64,000 nt of DNA from NCBI GenBank assembly GCA_963665815.1, contig OY762463.1, positions 32,001 through 96,000 on the forward strand, in the 5' to 3' direction. Made by a program: the position numbers and the translations under genes. The notes beneath the pieces were generated by a model. The model did not search any database. It had not been told where the DNA came from and saw nothing but the letters and a program-made list of their open reading frames with translations. Shown piece by piece: positions 1-10,400 of the stretch; position 1 is the first letter of the stretch, and every line of letters starts with the position of its first letter. The DNA is from Candidatus Cloacimonadales bacterium. Its GTDB lineage: Bacteria > Cloacimonadota > Cloacimonadia > Cloacimonadales > JAIOQZ01.

Positions 1-600
1 CTTTTAAGAGTAATTCAGGAGAAAATTATAACTCGAGTTGGTGAAACAGAGGAACGGAAGATAAACACAAGGTTGGTTTTTGCAACGCATCAGAATCTTG
101 AGACCTTGATTGAAGAAGGTAAATTCAGAAATGATCTGTTTTTCAGGATAGCTACATTTAAAATCCAAGTTCCATCGCTAAGGGAAAGACTGGAAGATAT
201 CCCATTGTTAGCAGATCATTTTCTCAAATTGTTCATAGCAGAAAATAATCTCAATTACATGGAATTTTCAGGTGAAGCAATTGAAAAACTTCAGAATTAT
301 ACATATCCGGGAAATATCAGAGAGCTGATCAGTATTGTGAAAAATGCTGCATGTTTCTGTAGTGGAGATGTTATAAAGCGTGAGGATATTGAATTTCAGA
401 ATATTACCGATAGTGATTTCTGGGGGAGAGTACAGGATAAGACTCTGAAAGAAAGCAAAATATTGATGGAGACTGAGTTGATAAAAAAACGGTTGAAATT
501 ATACAAAAACAGTGTAAATCATGCTGCAGAGAGTCTTGGAATACTTCCTAATAACCTTTACAGGAAGATGAAGGAACTGAATATTCAGAACATAAAATAG
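1..600 (+). CDS. sigma-54-dependent transcriptional regulator, C-terminal part (5' truncated by window)
   Basis: Frame open from base 1 (LLRVIQEK...); FRNDLFFRI, PSLRERLEDIPLL and YPGNIREL motifs; C-terminal Fis-type HTH. Confidence 0.9.
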   Translation, partial: LLRVIQEKIITRVGETEERKINTRLVFATHQNLETLIEEGKFRNDLFFRIATFKIQVPSLRERLEDIPLLADHFLKLFIAENNLNYMEFSGEAIEKLQNYTYPGNIRELISIVKNAACFCSGDVIKREDIEFQNITDSDFWGRVQDKTLKESKILMETELIKKRLKLYKNSVNHAAESLGILPNNLYRKMKELNIQNIK

Positions 601-701
601 TAATTATATTTTCCTTTTATGTTTATTTTAAGAGATAAATTTATTGACTTTTTTACAATGAATTAACTATTTCGAGAAAAAATATACGGGAAGGTGATTA
701 T

Positions 702-2513
702 ATGTCGCGACTAAAAACAATTATTCTGATTGTTTTACTACTATTCATTCTGGAATCAGTGTTTTGCTCTGATGTAACTAAAAACATATACAGAGACTAT
801 ACTTTTACGAGTGAAGGAGATGATGTAAAAGTTGAAATATCAAGGAAACGTCAATTCATTTACAATTCGGAAAAGAGTCTGAAATACAACACATATTATA
901 ATTCGATTCATAATTCTGCAAAAAATGTAAAGGTTATTACTAAATACAATGAAAAAGAAGATCGTCATGTGAAGCACTCATGGAGAACTAATCAGAGTTC
1001 AAGTATTTTTGCCAGCGACTCGAAAGTTCACAGATTCAGCATTCAGAAGAAAATTCAGGTAGGAGATCAATTTGAATATGAATTGAAGTTTAGTTATGAT
1101 TCGCTGAAAGAAATTGACATTATTCCTGTTGAAAATCATGAAGATATAGACAAACAGATAATTACGGTTTATCACGCATCAGATATCAGACTTGAATATG
1201 ATGTACTGCTATATGATAACACAATAAAGCTTAATGAGGAGACCGGGGATGGTTTTACACGTATATCTGTAGAGCCCGGAGAAAATCTTAAACCTCTGGA
1301 TTATTATCCGTTAAATGGAATAGGTGGATATGTAGCGCTGAGAATTTATAAAGGTGATAAAGCCTATTCTATAGATTCTAAAGAAGCCCTGATAGACTAT
1401 TACAATCAAAATTTTTCCCTTACACCAGAAGTGTTAGGTGATACACTGAATCTTCCTGAAATTAATGACAATGATGATTATTACACCAAGGCAAGGAAGA
1501 TACATGAATTTGTGAGAGATGAAATCAGATATGTGGCTATTCTCAATAACAACCACTCCTTGTTCCCTCACAAACCTTCTGAAGTGCTTAAACTGGGTTA
1601 CGGAGACTGTAAGGATATGGCATTTTTGGTACATGCTCTGTCTGCAAAGTATGGAGTAAAGGCTTATCCTGCGTTGCTGGCAATGGATGTTGCTCCGGAA
1701 TTTGAGTATCCTCATCTGAACAGTTTTGATCATGTGATTGCCGCATATGAAATTGATGGAGAGATAGTGTTTTCCGATCCGACTGCTATAAATTTTGATT
1801 TTGGTCAAGTTCCTGAAATTGAGAGAAATAAACGGGCATTTATTTTGGATAAGGATAATCCTGCCTTTGTTGTAATCAAGGGTAATAAGACGAAACCGGA
1901 TGCGAAGGTGACAATTGATCTTGATTTTGAAAACTTGAAACATTGTAATGTGAAGGTTGAACTCAACAATTCATTTCATAATGTGATTGAGAAGGAAAGC
2001 AAGTTCATGAAGAATATTGATATTGAGAACGCTGTATCTAACTCAATAACATCAATGCTGAGAAATGTAGCCGTAGACTATTTCGATATTCAAAGTAATA
2101 CCGATGAGAAAATGATTTTAACTGCTGAGGCAGACCTAAGCAAGTTTGTTATAGAATCAAAAAGAAATTACTACTTCCCTAAAATGCCTTTCCTGTTCAT
2201 TCAGAATGATATTCTTGAACGAGATGACAGTTTGATGATTGAACTCAGTACAATTTATGATATTGATCTCAAAGTAAACATCCCTGTGAAAAGCAGGATT
2301 GCAGGAGACAATTTTGTTGTTAACAATAATAGTATAGTCAAGCTTGAATCAAATGTTGAATATGTCAAGAACTCCGGTAATTGTATTAATTACTCTATCA
2401 GTCAACATGACAATATCATTGATGGTTCAGAAAAGACAGCTTTTTTAACTGATATGAAGAAATTGCTCAACAGCAAGAAACTGATGTATATACTTTCAAA
2501 GGAGAAGTTATAA
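702..2513 (+). CDS. secreted DUF3857/transglutaminase-like domain protein
   Basis: Signal peptide; IRYV, GDCKD (Cys), FDHVI (His) and DPT (Asp) triad motifs. Confidence 0.8.
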   Translation: MSRLKTIILIVLLLFILESVFCSDVTKNIYRDYTFTSEGDDVKVEISRKRQFIYNSEKSLKYNTYYNSIHNSAKNVKVITKYNEKEDRHVKHSWRTNQSSSIFASDSKVHRFSIQKKIQVGDQFEYELKFSYDSLKEIDIIPVENHEDIDKQIITVYHASDIRLEYDVLLYDNTIKLNEETGDGFTRISVEPGENLKPLDYYPLNGIGGYVALRIYKGDKAYSIDSKEALIDYYNQNFSLTPEVLGDTLNLPEINDNDDYYTKARKIHEFVRDEIRYVAILNNNHSLFPHKPSEVLKLGYGDCKDMAFLVHALSAKYGVKAYPALLAMDVAPEFEYPHLNSFDHVIAAYEIDGEIVFSDPTAINFDFGQVPEIERNKRAFILDKDNPAFVVIKGNKTKPDAKVTIDLDFENLKHCNVKVELNNSFHNVIEKESKFMKNIDIENAVSNSITSMLRNVAVDYFDIQSNTDEKMILTAEADLSKFVIESKRNYYFPKMPFLFIQNDILERDDSLMIELSTIYDIDLKVNIPVKSRIAGDNFVVNNNSIVKLESNVEYVKNSGNCINYSISQHDNIIDGSEKTAFLTDMKKLLNSKKLMYILSKEKL

Positions 2514-4558
2514 TGAAAAAGATATATTTATTGTTAGCTATCGCATACATGTTTCTTTCCGGATGTGTGGTCTCAAAGCAATTGTATTACATGACTGATG
2601 AAGTTAAAAACGAGCAGACCAGAATTTCTGATGAAGAGCTTGCCGAAATATACGAGACATACAGAGATCAGCCTGCATATTATCTGAAGTATTTAAAATC
2701 AGTAGAATATCACGGGCAAAATGGTTTTGGTGCATACTGGAACAAAACAATTATACGCAGAAGAAAATATATCATCATTGATCCTGAATCTGATGCGTAT
2801 ACTTCCATTACAATGCCCTCCAGCTCAATTGAAGACTCCATGATCGTTAAACTTACTTATCCTGACGGAACAAATGACATTTATACGACAAGTGACTTTT
2901 TTCGTGAGGAAAGTTCTTTTTCCATAGATACATATAAGCTGGCTTTTCCTCGTGTTGTACGAGGTACGATTGTAGACTTTTACTCCAGAAATACATATGC
3001 CATCTATTATCCGGATGTTGAACAGGAATATGCTCTGAACCTTTATGTGCCATGCAGGGATTATACTTTTCAGTTTGCAATACCTGACTGGTGGAGCTTT
3101 GATGTAAAGAAAATGGGGGATTCCCGTTATCTTAACTTCAGGAAAGAATCTTTCTACTCAGAAAAGAAAACTGTATATGAATATCACAAAATGGATGTTG
3201 AGGTTCTCGCTGATGAGATTTATTCACCCATGGAACACGAGATTTCCGATTACTTTTCCATAATGTTTACAAGATTTATCTGTGGACCTTATCAATACAA
3301 CAATGCCAGAAGCTGGGCAAGTATTGCTCATTCTATTCGTTCTAAATGTATAAATAATGACAGCTGGTTTTCTCGTCGTGTGAGTAAGACAACCGATTCC
3401 CTAATGACAGATAGTATGACTGATAAGGAAAAGATTGAAGCTATAAATGATTTTATTCATGAGAATATTGAAGTTACAACAAAGTTTGATGACAAAAATT
3501 TCTCAGAAATACTAAAAACACGAGAAGGTGATTACTTCAGTGTTACTGGATTAATGTTTACTATGCTGCAGGAAGCTGATTTAGATCCAAAGTATGTTCT
3601 GGTGCACTCCAATGAATTGGGGTATCTGGACTATAAGCTTCCTTCAATTTCTCAGACTCCATTTCCTGCTGTTGTTGTGCAGAAGAAAAAACAAACTTAC
3701 GTTCTGTTTCCATGGTTAAAGTATCTCGCAGTGGATGAAATTCCGGAGATGTTCCGAAATGAAGCTGCTATTGTAGTCCCTGCTTATGCTAACAGATCAA
3801 TTGATCCAATGTATTCAGAGCTTAAACGCAACAAGAACTATCTGGATCTGGATATCTTATTTGAAAAGGGAGATGTCTATTTTGTAAAGCTCCCTGAAGG
3901 ACGGATTGATAAAGATTATTCTATGGAAAACTATAATATTACTATCAATGATGATGGCACGATGAACGTTGAAGAAGAGAAAATCATTAAAGGTAGAATG
4001 GCTTATGCTCTCAGAAATATGCTTGAAGAGATTGAAGATGAGAAGTTGAACAAGGAATTGAACAAATTAGTAACATATTATGACGGTGCAGTTGAAACAG
4101 AATCCGTTGAGATGCTAAATAAAGATGAATACAAAAAACCACTTGTAATAAAGCTCAAATATAAAGTGAGTAATCTTGTTTCTGTTTTCGAGGATGAAAT
4201 ACTGTTCCAGACAAGTGGACTCTTATCATCTACATCACTAACAAAATACAAGATTGAAAGTGAGAAAAGAAAGAATCCTATTGAAATTGATTATGATGCA
4301 GGTTTCAGAAAAAATATTGTAATCACATATCCTGAAACATGGACTATTGAAACTGAACTGAAGAATATTGATTATTCAAACAAATTTGGTCAGGTTATCG
4401 CCCTTTACAAACAAAACGGTAATACACTTGAGATTGATCAGGATGTTGTTCTTAAGAAAAGCAGTGAACCTAAAGAAGAGTTTAAAGAGCTCCTCAATGT
4501 GATGGGTAAACAATCAAAACTACAGATTCCAACGATTATTTTCCGAAATAATTCATAA
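2513..4558 (+). CDS. DUF3857/transglutaminase-like lipoprotein, probably catalytically inactive
   Basis: Lipobox LSGC; same architecture as the upstream gene; GDY replaces GDC; overlapping TAATG stop/start. Confidence 0.65.
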   Translation: MKKIYLLLAIAYMFLSGCVVSKQLYYMTDEVKNEQTRISDEELAEIYETYRDQPAYYLKYLKSVEYHGQNGFGAYWNKTIIRRRKYIIIDPESDAYTSITMPSSSIEDSMIVKLTYPDGTNDIYTTSDFFREESSFSIDTYKLAFPRVVRGTIVDFYSRNTYAIYYPDVEQEYALNLYVPCRDYTFQFAIPDWWSFDVKKMGDSRYLNFRKESFYSEKKTVYEYHKMDVEVLADEIYSPMEHEISDYFSIMFTRFICGPYQYNNARSWASIAHSIRSKCINNDSWFSRRVSKTTDSLMTDSMTDKEKIEAINDFIHENIEVTTKFDDKNFSEILKTREGDYFSVTGLMFTMLQEADLDPKYVLVHSNELGYLDYKLPSISQTPFPAVVVQKKKQTYVLFPWLKYLAVDEIPEMFRNEAAIVVPAYANRSIDPMYSELKRNKNYLDLDILFEKGDVYFVKLPEGRIDKDYSMENYNITINDDGTMNVEEEKIIKGRMAYALRNMLEEIEDEKLNKELNKLVTYYDGAVETESVEMLNKDEYKKPLVIKLKYKVSNLVSVFEDEILFQTSGLLSSTSLTKYKIESEKRKNPIEIDYDAGFRKNIVITYPETWTIETELKNIDYSNKFGQVIALYKQNGNTLEIDQDVVLKKSSEPKEEFKELLNVMGKQSKLQIPTIIFRNNS

Positions 4559-4571
4559 ATGATATTGAGAT

Positions 4572-4597
4572 AACAGCAGGTGAAAGCCTGCTGTTTT
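4572..4597 (+). terminator. intrinsic terminator
   Basis: AACAGCAGG-tgaaag-CCTGCTGTT followed by Ts, just after the stop. Confidence 0.75.
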
Positions 4598-4788
4598 ATA
4601 TTTTCGGAATACAGTTGTTTCCCTTTCCCGACTTTATCGGGACTCATGGAGCTTTTATATCATAGCATATCAATTAGTTAAGTTGGTTGAGCGGAGTCGA
4701 AGGGTCAAAAAAAAACCTTTGATAGCATCAAGTCAATGCACTCCAAAATAGCCCTTAGAGCCTGTTATGACCACCGTTGCGAACTTCA

Positions 4789-4887
4789 CTGGATGTGTTC
4801 TTTCAGAAACATCTACGTCAATTCTGGATGTATTTCTTCGAAAACATCTACGTCAATTCTGGATGTATTTCTTCGAAAACATCTACG
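4789..4887. repeat. 35-bp tandem repeat (about 2.8 copies) of a hairpin-forming, REP-like unit
   Basis: Units start at 4789, 4824 and 4859; consensus CTGGATGTATTTCTTCGAAAACATCTACGTCAATT. Confidence 0.85.
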
Positions 4888-4921
4888 GGTCAGTGATCAT
4901 TTGCAAGGGTACTATATCAAC

Positions 4922-4961
4922 AAAAACAGCCCACTGATTTCTCTGCAGGCTGTTTTTTTTT
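4922..4961. terminator. bidirectional intrinsic terminator
   Basis: AAAAACAGCC...GGCTGTTTTTTTTT between convergent genes. Confidence 0.7.
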
Positions 4962-4994
4962 AAAAGAGAAGTATTAAAGCTTGAGTTTATTGTT

Positions 4995-6137
4995 CTATAA
5001 CTTCTTGATAAATCCCATGAATCCTTTCTGCTTGTGAGAGGATGCCCCAAAATAGTCATAATGGACACAACCATAGATATACAGTTCATCATCAATTGTC
5101 TTAAGATATGCGTACATGACAGGATTGTGGGGTCCCATTTCGCTTACTAACTCAAGATTACCGGATTTATATCTGTATGTTCTCAAAATAGATGTGTTTT
5201 CTGAGACCTTTTTATTTTCGTTAGTAAGGATCAGAGCTTCACCATTATGTAAATCAATATCCTCTATCCTGCCGGTAACAGGGATTTCTTTCAAATCTTT
5301 GTTTTCATACACGAGTAGTTTGTATGCCCAGTCAGAATCAACTGATACTTTTTTATACTTGTAACTCATGAAAGCCTGCTTATCATTAATGCATATTTCA
5401 GTCAGTTTCCCATCTCCCAAAGTGAAATTAATTTCAGCAAACACTTCCGAGATTTCTTTATCAAAGTATATTTCCCCAATTGAGAAATGATCTTCCTGGG
5501 CAGAATAAGAATATACCCCATTGTCATCGTAGAAAATGTTTGAAATCGGCATCTCAGGAACATGTGTATGCGAACTCAAGCTTTCGGACAGAACTTCCGT
5601 GATGTATAACTTGCCATCAAAATTTTCGGAGAAATAAGTTTTACTGCCAACATTAAACAATTTCTTAACAGAAGGTCTGTTGCTGCATTTAATTTCAAAC
5701 CTGTTCAGAATATTCCCAGTCATGTCTAATCTGTAAAACTCATCATATACTGTATTAGTGGCTTGATCTTTGTATATTGTAAGAAGAGTGAAAACTGAAT
5801 CTAACAGAACTGAACTTCTCAACATGCAACCATTTTCAAGGGGAATAGATTTCACCGTCTTTTCCATGGTTTTATTGTTGATCTTAAGTATTCTGAATTC
5901 AGATGAGAAAAAACCACCAGCAGAGGGTTTAACTCCTCCTGCAACAGCTATAAGTGAATCCGGATGGAATTGATACAAACTACTGAGGTTGGATCTTCCT
6001 CCATATTCATCATCAAGAATAAGGTTTTCTTCTCCTGTAATAGGACGCCAGTCCCTTTGAGTGCAGGAGGTGATAAATGGAATGATTACTAACGTAAATA
6101 TAAACAAGCTAAGATAAAATGATCTTTTTAGAACCAT
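4995..6137 (-). CDS. hypothetical lipoprotein
   Basis: Start moved to MVLKRS (GAAGGGGGA RBS); hydrophobic leader ending ITSC; no family recognised. Confidence 0.6.
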   Translation of the reverse strand: MVLKRSFYLSLFIFTLVIIPFITSCTQRDWRPITGEENLILDDEYGGRSNLSSLYQFHPDSLIAVAGGVKPSAGGFFSSEFRILKINNKTMEKTVKSIPLENGCMLRSSVLLDSVFTLLTIYKDQATNTVYDEFYRLDMTGNILNRFEIKCSNRPSVKKLFNVGSKTYFSENFDGKLYITEVLSESLSSHTHVPEMPISNIFYDDNGVYSYSAQEDHFSIGEIYFDKEISEVFAEINFTLGDGKLTEICINDKQAFMSYKYKKVSVDSDWAYKLLVYENKDLKEIPVTGRIEDIDLHNGEALILTNENKKVSENTSILRTYRYKSGNLELVSEMGPHNPVMYAYLKTIDDELYIYGCVHYDYFGASSHKQKGFMGFIKKL

Positions 6138-6194
6138 GAGTCCCCCTTCATGGATATTTGCTACAAACTTATACTGCATTCCAAACCCAGTCAA

Positions 6195-6227
6195 CAAAAA
6201 AAGCCTGTCGGTTTCCCGACAGGCTTT
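6195..6227 (-). terminator. intrinsic terminator of the hsp20 operon
   Basis: AAAGCCTGTCGG-tttc-CCGACAGGCTTT with U-tract on the minus strand. Confidence 0.8.
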
Positions 6228-6243
6228 CGTCTCACTATGGTTT

Positions 6244-6660
6244 TTATGATTCGATAAGAATTTTCTTATCAGGTTTTGGTTCTATCTTCTGGATTGTGAG
6301 TTCCAGGACTCCGTCGTTCAGTTTAGCTTTGATACTATCCACATCGCAGTTGTCAGGCAGTTTTATGATTCTCTGGTAGCAACCCTGGAATCTTTCTCTG
6401 TGGTGAATAACTTCGTTCTCCTTGTTCTCTTCTTTTTCAATGCAGCTTTCTATCATCAGTTCGTTGTGCTTAACGGATACTTTCAGGTTATCTTTCGGGA
6501 CACCCGGCATATCTGCAATAAGTTGATAGTGCTTATCGAATTCAAGGACATCGATCGGCATTAATCTGCTGTCATCAGTGATGTTGTCATTAAAGAAGCT
6601 ATTGAGAAAATCATCGAATAATGACAGATCTGAGTGGCGTCTGGGTTTGATCATTTTCAT
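6244..6660 (-). CDS. Hsp20/alpha-crystallin small heat-shock protein
   Basis: ADMPGV, ERFQGCYQRIIKLP and AKLNDGVLELTI motifs. Confidence 0.92.
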   Translation of the reverse strand: MKMIKPRRHSDLSLFDDFLNSFFNDNITDDSRLMPIDVLEFDKHYQLIADMPGVPKDNLKVSVKHNELMIESCIEKEENKENEVIHHRERFQGCYQRIIKLPDNCDVDSIKAKLNDGVLELTIQKIEPKPDKKILIES

Positions 6661-6669
6661 GGTAACCTC

Positions 6670-7101
6670 CTAACTTATTTTTATTTCTTTTTTAATATTG
6701 TCTGTTTTAGGGACTGTGAGTGTGAGAACACCGTTTTTTAACTTAGCTTTGACATTTTCGATATCGCAATTGTCCGGAAGGAAGATTCTTCTTGCATAGC
6801 TTCCTGTGTACCTTTCCGAATAATGTACCTTGGATTCATCCTGCGGTTGTTTGTGTTTCACAGCTTCAATAAGGATATAGTTCTCTTTGCTGGTTAGCTT
6901 TATGTTCTCTTTCTGAACTCCGGGCAAATCGGCTTTGACTTCAAATTCAGTTTCTTTTTCGATAATATCAAGAGCCATGAGTCCGTCATTTCTCTTTCTA
7001 CCTTTGCTATACACCCTGTCTACATATTCATCGAACATGGGGAACAGCGAGAATCGATCCTTTAATGAAAGCTTGTTAGCATTAAATGGATAAATAATCA
7101 T
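6670..7101 (-). CDS. Hsp20/alpha-crystallin small heat-shock protein
   Basis: ADLPGV, ERYTGSYARRIFLP and AKLKNGVLTLTVPK motifs. Confidence 0.92.
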   Translation of the reverse strand: MIIYPFNANKLSLKDRFSLFPMFDEYVDRVYSKGRKRNDGLMALDIIEKETEFEVKADLPGVQKENIKLTSKENYILIEAVKHKQPQDESKVHYSERYTGSYARRIFLPDNCDIENVKAKLKNGVLTLTVPKTDNIKKEIKIS

Positions 7102-7214
7102 CTTTCTCTCCTTTTCGAAGTCTTTTCACTAATATTCTGTTTAGTGAAAGCTCGTTGTTTTTCTTTGTTTCTGAAAACATAATAATTAGAATTCAAAATA
7201 AAGCAAATTATTTT

Positions 7215-7241
7215 TTAGCACTCTTATATTGAGACTGCTAA
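7215..7241 (-). promoter_or_regulatory. CIRCE element (HrcA operator) overlapping the hsp20 promoter
   Basis: TTAGCACTC-N9-GACTGCTAA, one mismatch to consensus; minus-strand -35 TTGACT (7251-7246), 17 nt, -10 TATAAG (7228-7223). Confidence 0.88.
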
Positions 7242-7439
7242 AATTAGTCAAGAAATTTTTAGTTTTAGCATTTCATATTTTCTTAAATTACATATTCACA
7301 ATTATATAGAATTGCATAGGCAGGTCAAAGGATTTATTAAGAAAAATATTCAAAATCTTTTCATTTATATTTTCTTGCAGATTTTATCATATATATTAAT
7401 ATGGCTTTTAAGTAAAAAATCAGCTTTAAGGAGCAAAGC

Positions 7440-10400
7440 ATGAATACTAAACTCAGGTTAGTACTTATTCTAATCATCTTTACTATCTGTGGATTAAACG
7501 CGGATATTTCTGTAAATCTTGATAAATACGATATCAGTAGAATTGACTCGGTAGAAGAATTTAGACCGGGTAAGCCTGCAATCAGTTTTCTACCTCTTAA
7601 GGTTCTTATACCAATGGGTGAGAAAGTTACCGATATTGAAATCGAGCTAAGCAATCATACAGACGAGTTTAACTATAGTTTAAGACATGTGAACTCAATA
7701 GTGCCGACAGATGGACGAAATTATTCATCTACGTCTGCTGACGAAGCAGTTTACAGTTCAAACAGATTCTATCCTTACACCGATTTCCAGAATGGTGGAA
7801 GCCATCTGCTCAACGGATACAAAATTCTACTTCTTAATGTATATAATGAAAAATACAATCCTGTAGAAAAAACTCTCAGAACATTCAACCAGGTCAATGT
7901 TACAGTTTATACAGAATCAGACAGGAATGTTTATTCTGATGAAAACAGTATGCTGCTTGAAACGGCAGAGAAAAGGGAGCAGATTAAAAGCATGGTTGTC
8001 AATCCTGATCAGGTTTCAACTTACTGTAAGACTAATATTGAAAGACCTCCTGTACTGCTGGATCCTCTTGATCCGCATGCAATGATCATTATCACTGATG
8101 TTCAACGTGCAAGCTGGTTTGACGGATTTGTTCAATGGAAGGCTTCTAAAGGTATCAATGCAGATGTTTTCACAACAGAAAGCATATTGGCAGCATATAA
8201 CGGAGTAGATGATCAGGAAAAGATCAGAGAGTTCATTAAAGATGCATACACGACATATTCAGCATCAACTGATCCGCTCAGATATGTTATTCTTGGTGGT
8301 GATGATGAGATTATACCTGTACGTTATGCCTGGGCAGCAATCGATTCAACATTCAGTCCTGAGCATGTGTATGATCTGGTTGAAGATGTTCCGACAGATT
8401 TTTATTACAGTGCTCTGGATGGTTCCTGGAATGATGATAATGATAATGATTTCGGAGAGCCGGGAGATAATCCTGATATGTTCCCGGAAGTAGCTCTTGG
8501 CAGAATTCCATGTGAAACTCAAGAGGAATTTAATCATTTCTTCAATAAACTCTATCATTATGTAGATGTGAATACAGATGGAAATGACTTTGTTTATCTG
8601 ATAGGAGAAGATCTGGACTGGACACCTCAGACATGGGGTGGAGACAGTATGGACGAACTTGCCGAAATGATGCCTGAAGAGTATCATTATGTGAGACTGT
8701 ATGAACGAGAAGGAACATATAGTCAGGAAGCAGTTGTTGATGCATTGAACTTTGGTCCTGCAATTATCTTCCATGATGGTCATGCAAATTCTGATTATGT
8801 TTTGGGGATTCCATCCGGTGCTATTGCGAATCTCGAGAATACTCAATATGGTTTGATTTATACACATGGCTGTCACTCAGCGGGATTTGATGAGCTTGAA
8901 TCCGGTCCTGAAGAAGCGATTTCAGAAAAACTGATTTTCAATGAAGGCGGACTTTTTGCTTACTTTGGAAATACAAGATATGGCTGGGGAGAACTCGGTA
9001 CAACTAATGGTGGATCACAATGGTATCACAGAGCTTTTGTAGATGCAATTTTTGCTGATGGTATCCATGAACTTGGCTGGGCATTACAGCAGTCAAGAAT
9101 TGATTTGGCTAATCAGGCTGTGAACATCGAAGTATGGCGCTGGATTCATTATGAGCTTGTAATGTTCGGAGATCCTTCAGCAGAGCTAAAAATGCCTCAG
9201 GGTATTTTCCCTGAACTTATTCCTGAGAATGTTCAGGTTGTGGAAGAAACCGGTGATTTTGACGGAATATTCAATCCTGGTGAAACTGTGAACATTGAGT
9301 TTACACTTGCCAGCAGCATTGAAAGAGCTGATGCAGACAGCGTGAGAGTATCTGTTGAATTTCCTGATTCAGTAGCAGAAGTTCTATCTGAAGATGTTTA
9401 TATTGGTGGAATAACTGCCGGTTCAGGTGCAGATATAACCGGAAACAGCATAAGTGTGAGAATTCTGGAAGAAACAGATATATATGACATAGATTACAAG
9501 ATAGTGGTTGATGCGGCAATTGTTGGTGGTGAATATCATAAGGAATACGATCAGGAGTTCGAGCTGAGTATGATGCAGAGTGACTGGCCGAAAACACTGA
9601 ATTATTTCTGTTACAATGATCCGGTAATTCTGAAGGTAAATAACAGAAGAAAAATAATCAACATATCTTCAGGTGGTGAGATAATCATATCCGGTGTTTA
9701 TGGAAATGAAGAATCGGTCATTGATCTGGGTGAAATAACCTATAAAAACGCTTCGTTTGCTGATCTGAATAATGATGGTGTAACGGATGTTGTTGTTGGA
9801 GTTGATGATTCACTGTTTGCCTATTCTTTAAATGGACAGAGATTGTGGGCAAAAGGACTTTCTCATGATTTCAATGGTACCGAATATGAAGCTTTTCTGG
9901 ATTCTGATCCTGTTATCGCTCATGTAACCTCAACAACTGAATATAATGTAGTATTCTCGAATATCTTTGGAGATTTGTACTGTCTTGATGCAAATGGAAA
10001 TGAAGTAATAAGCTTTCCTGATTTTGGTAATGGCAGAGGAAAACTGACAGTTTCAGGATTTGATAATGACGGATTGAATGAGATTGTATACTACATCAAC
10101 GATGTAATCCATGTATTTAACAATACGGGGGCAGAGCTGAATTCTTTCCCCGCAAGTCAGACAAATGCAGATGCAGAAATGACAGTTAATAATGTTTATG
10201 TGTACTTCTACGATGGAAATGGTATCAAAAGAGTGAGTATGGATGGTAATGTAAATAATGTTATCGATTTACCTGAGTGTTTTATTAAGGAAATTGCATT
10301 TGGAGAAATGGATAATGTCTCCGGTGATGAACTTGTATTTACTCTTGAAAATGGAGATGTTTACATATCAGATACAGCCGGACAGCTTCTCAACGGATTT

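Noticed and set aside
4756-4773. IS5-like terminal inverted repeat TTAGAGCCTGTTATGA
   Set aside because: No matching inverted partner or transposase was seen.
4789-4887. Mini CRISPR array
   Set aside because: The intervening sequences are identical and only a few bases long, so there are no unique spacers; the overlapping 75-aa and 70-aa ORFs are likely spurious.
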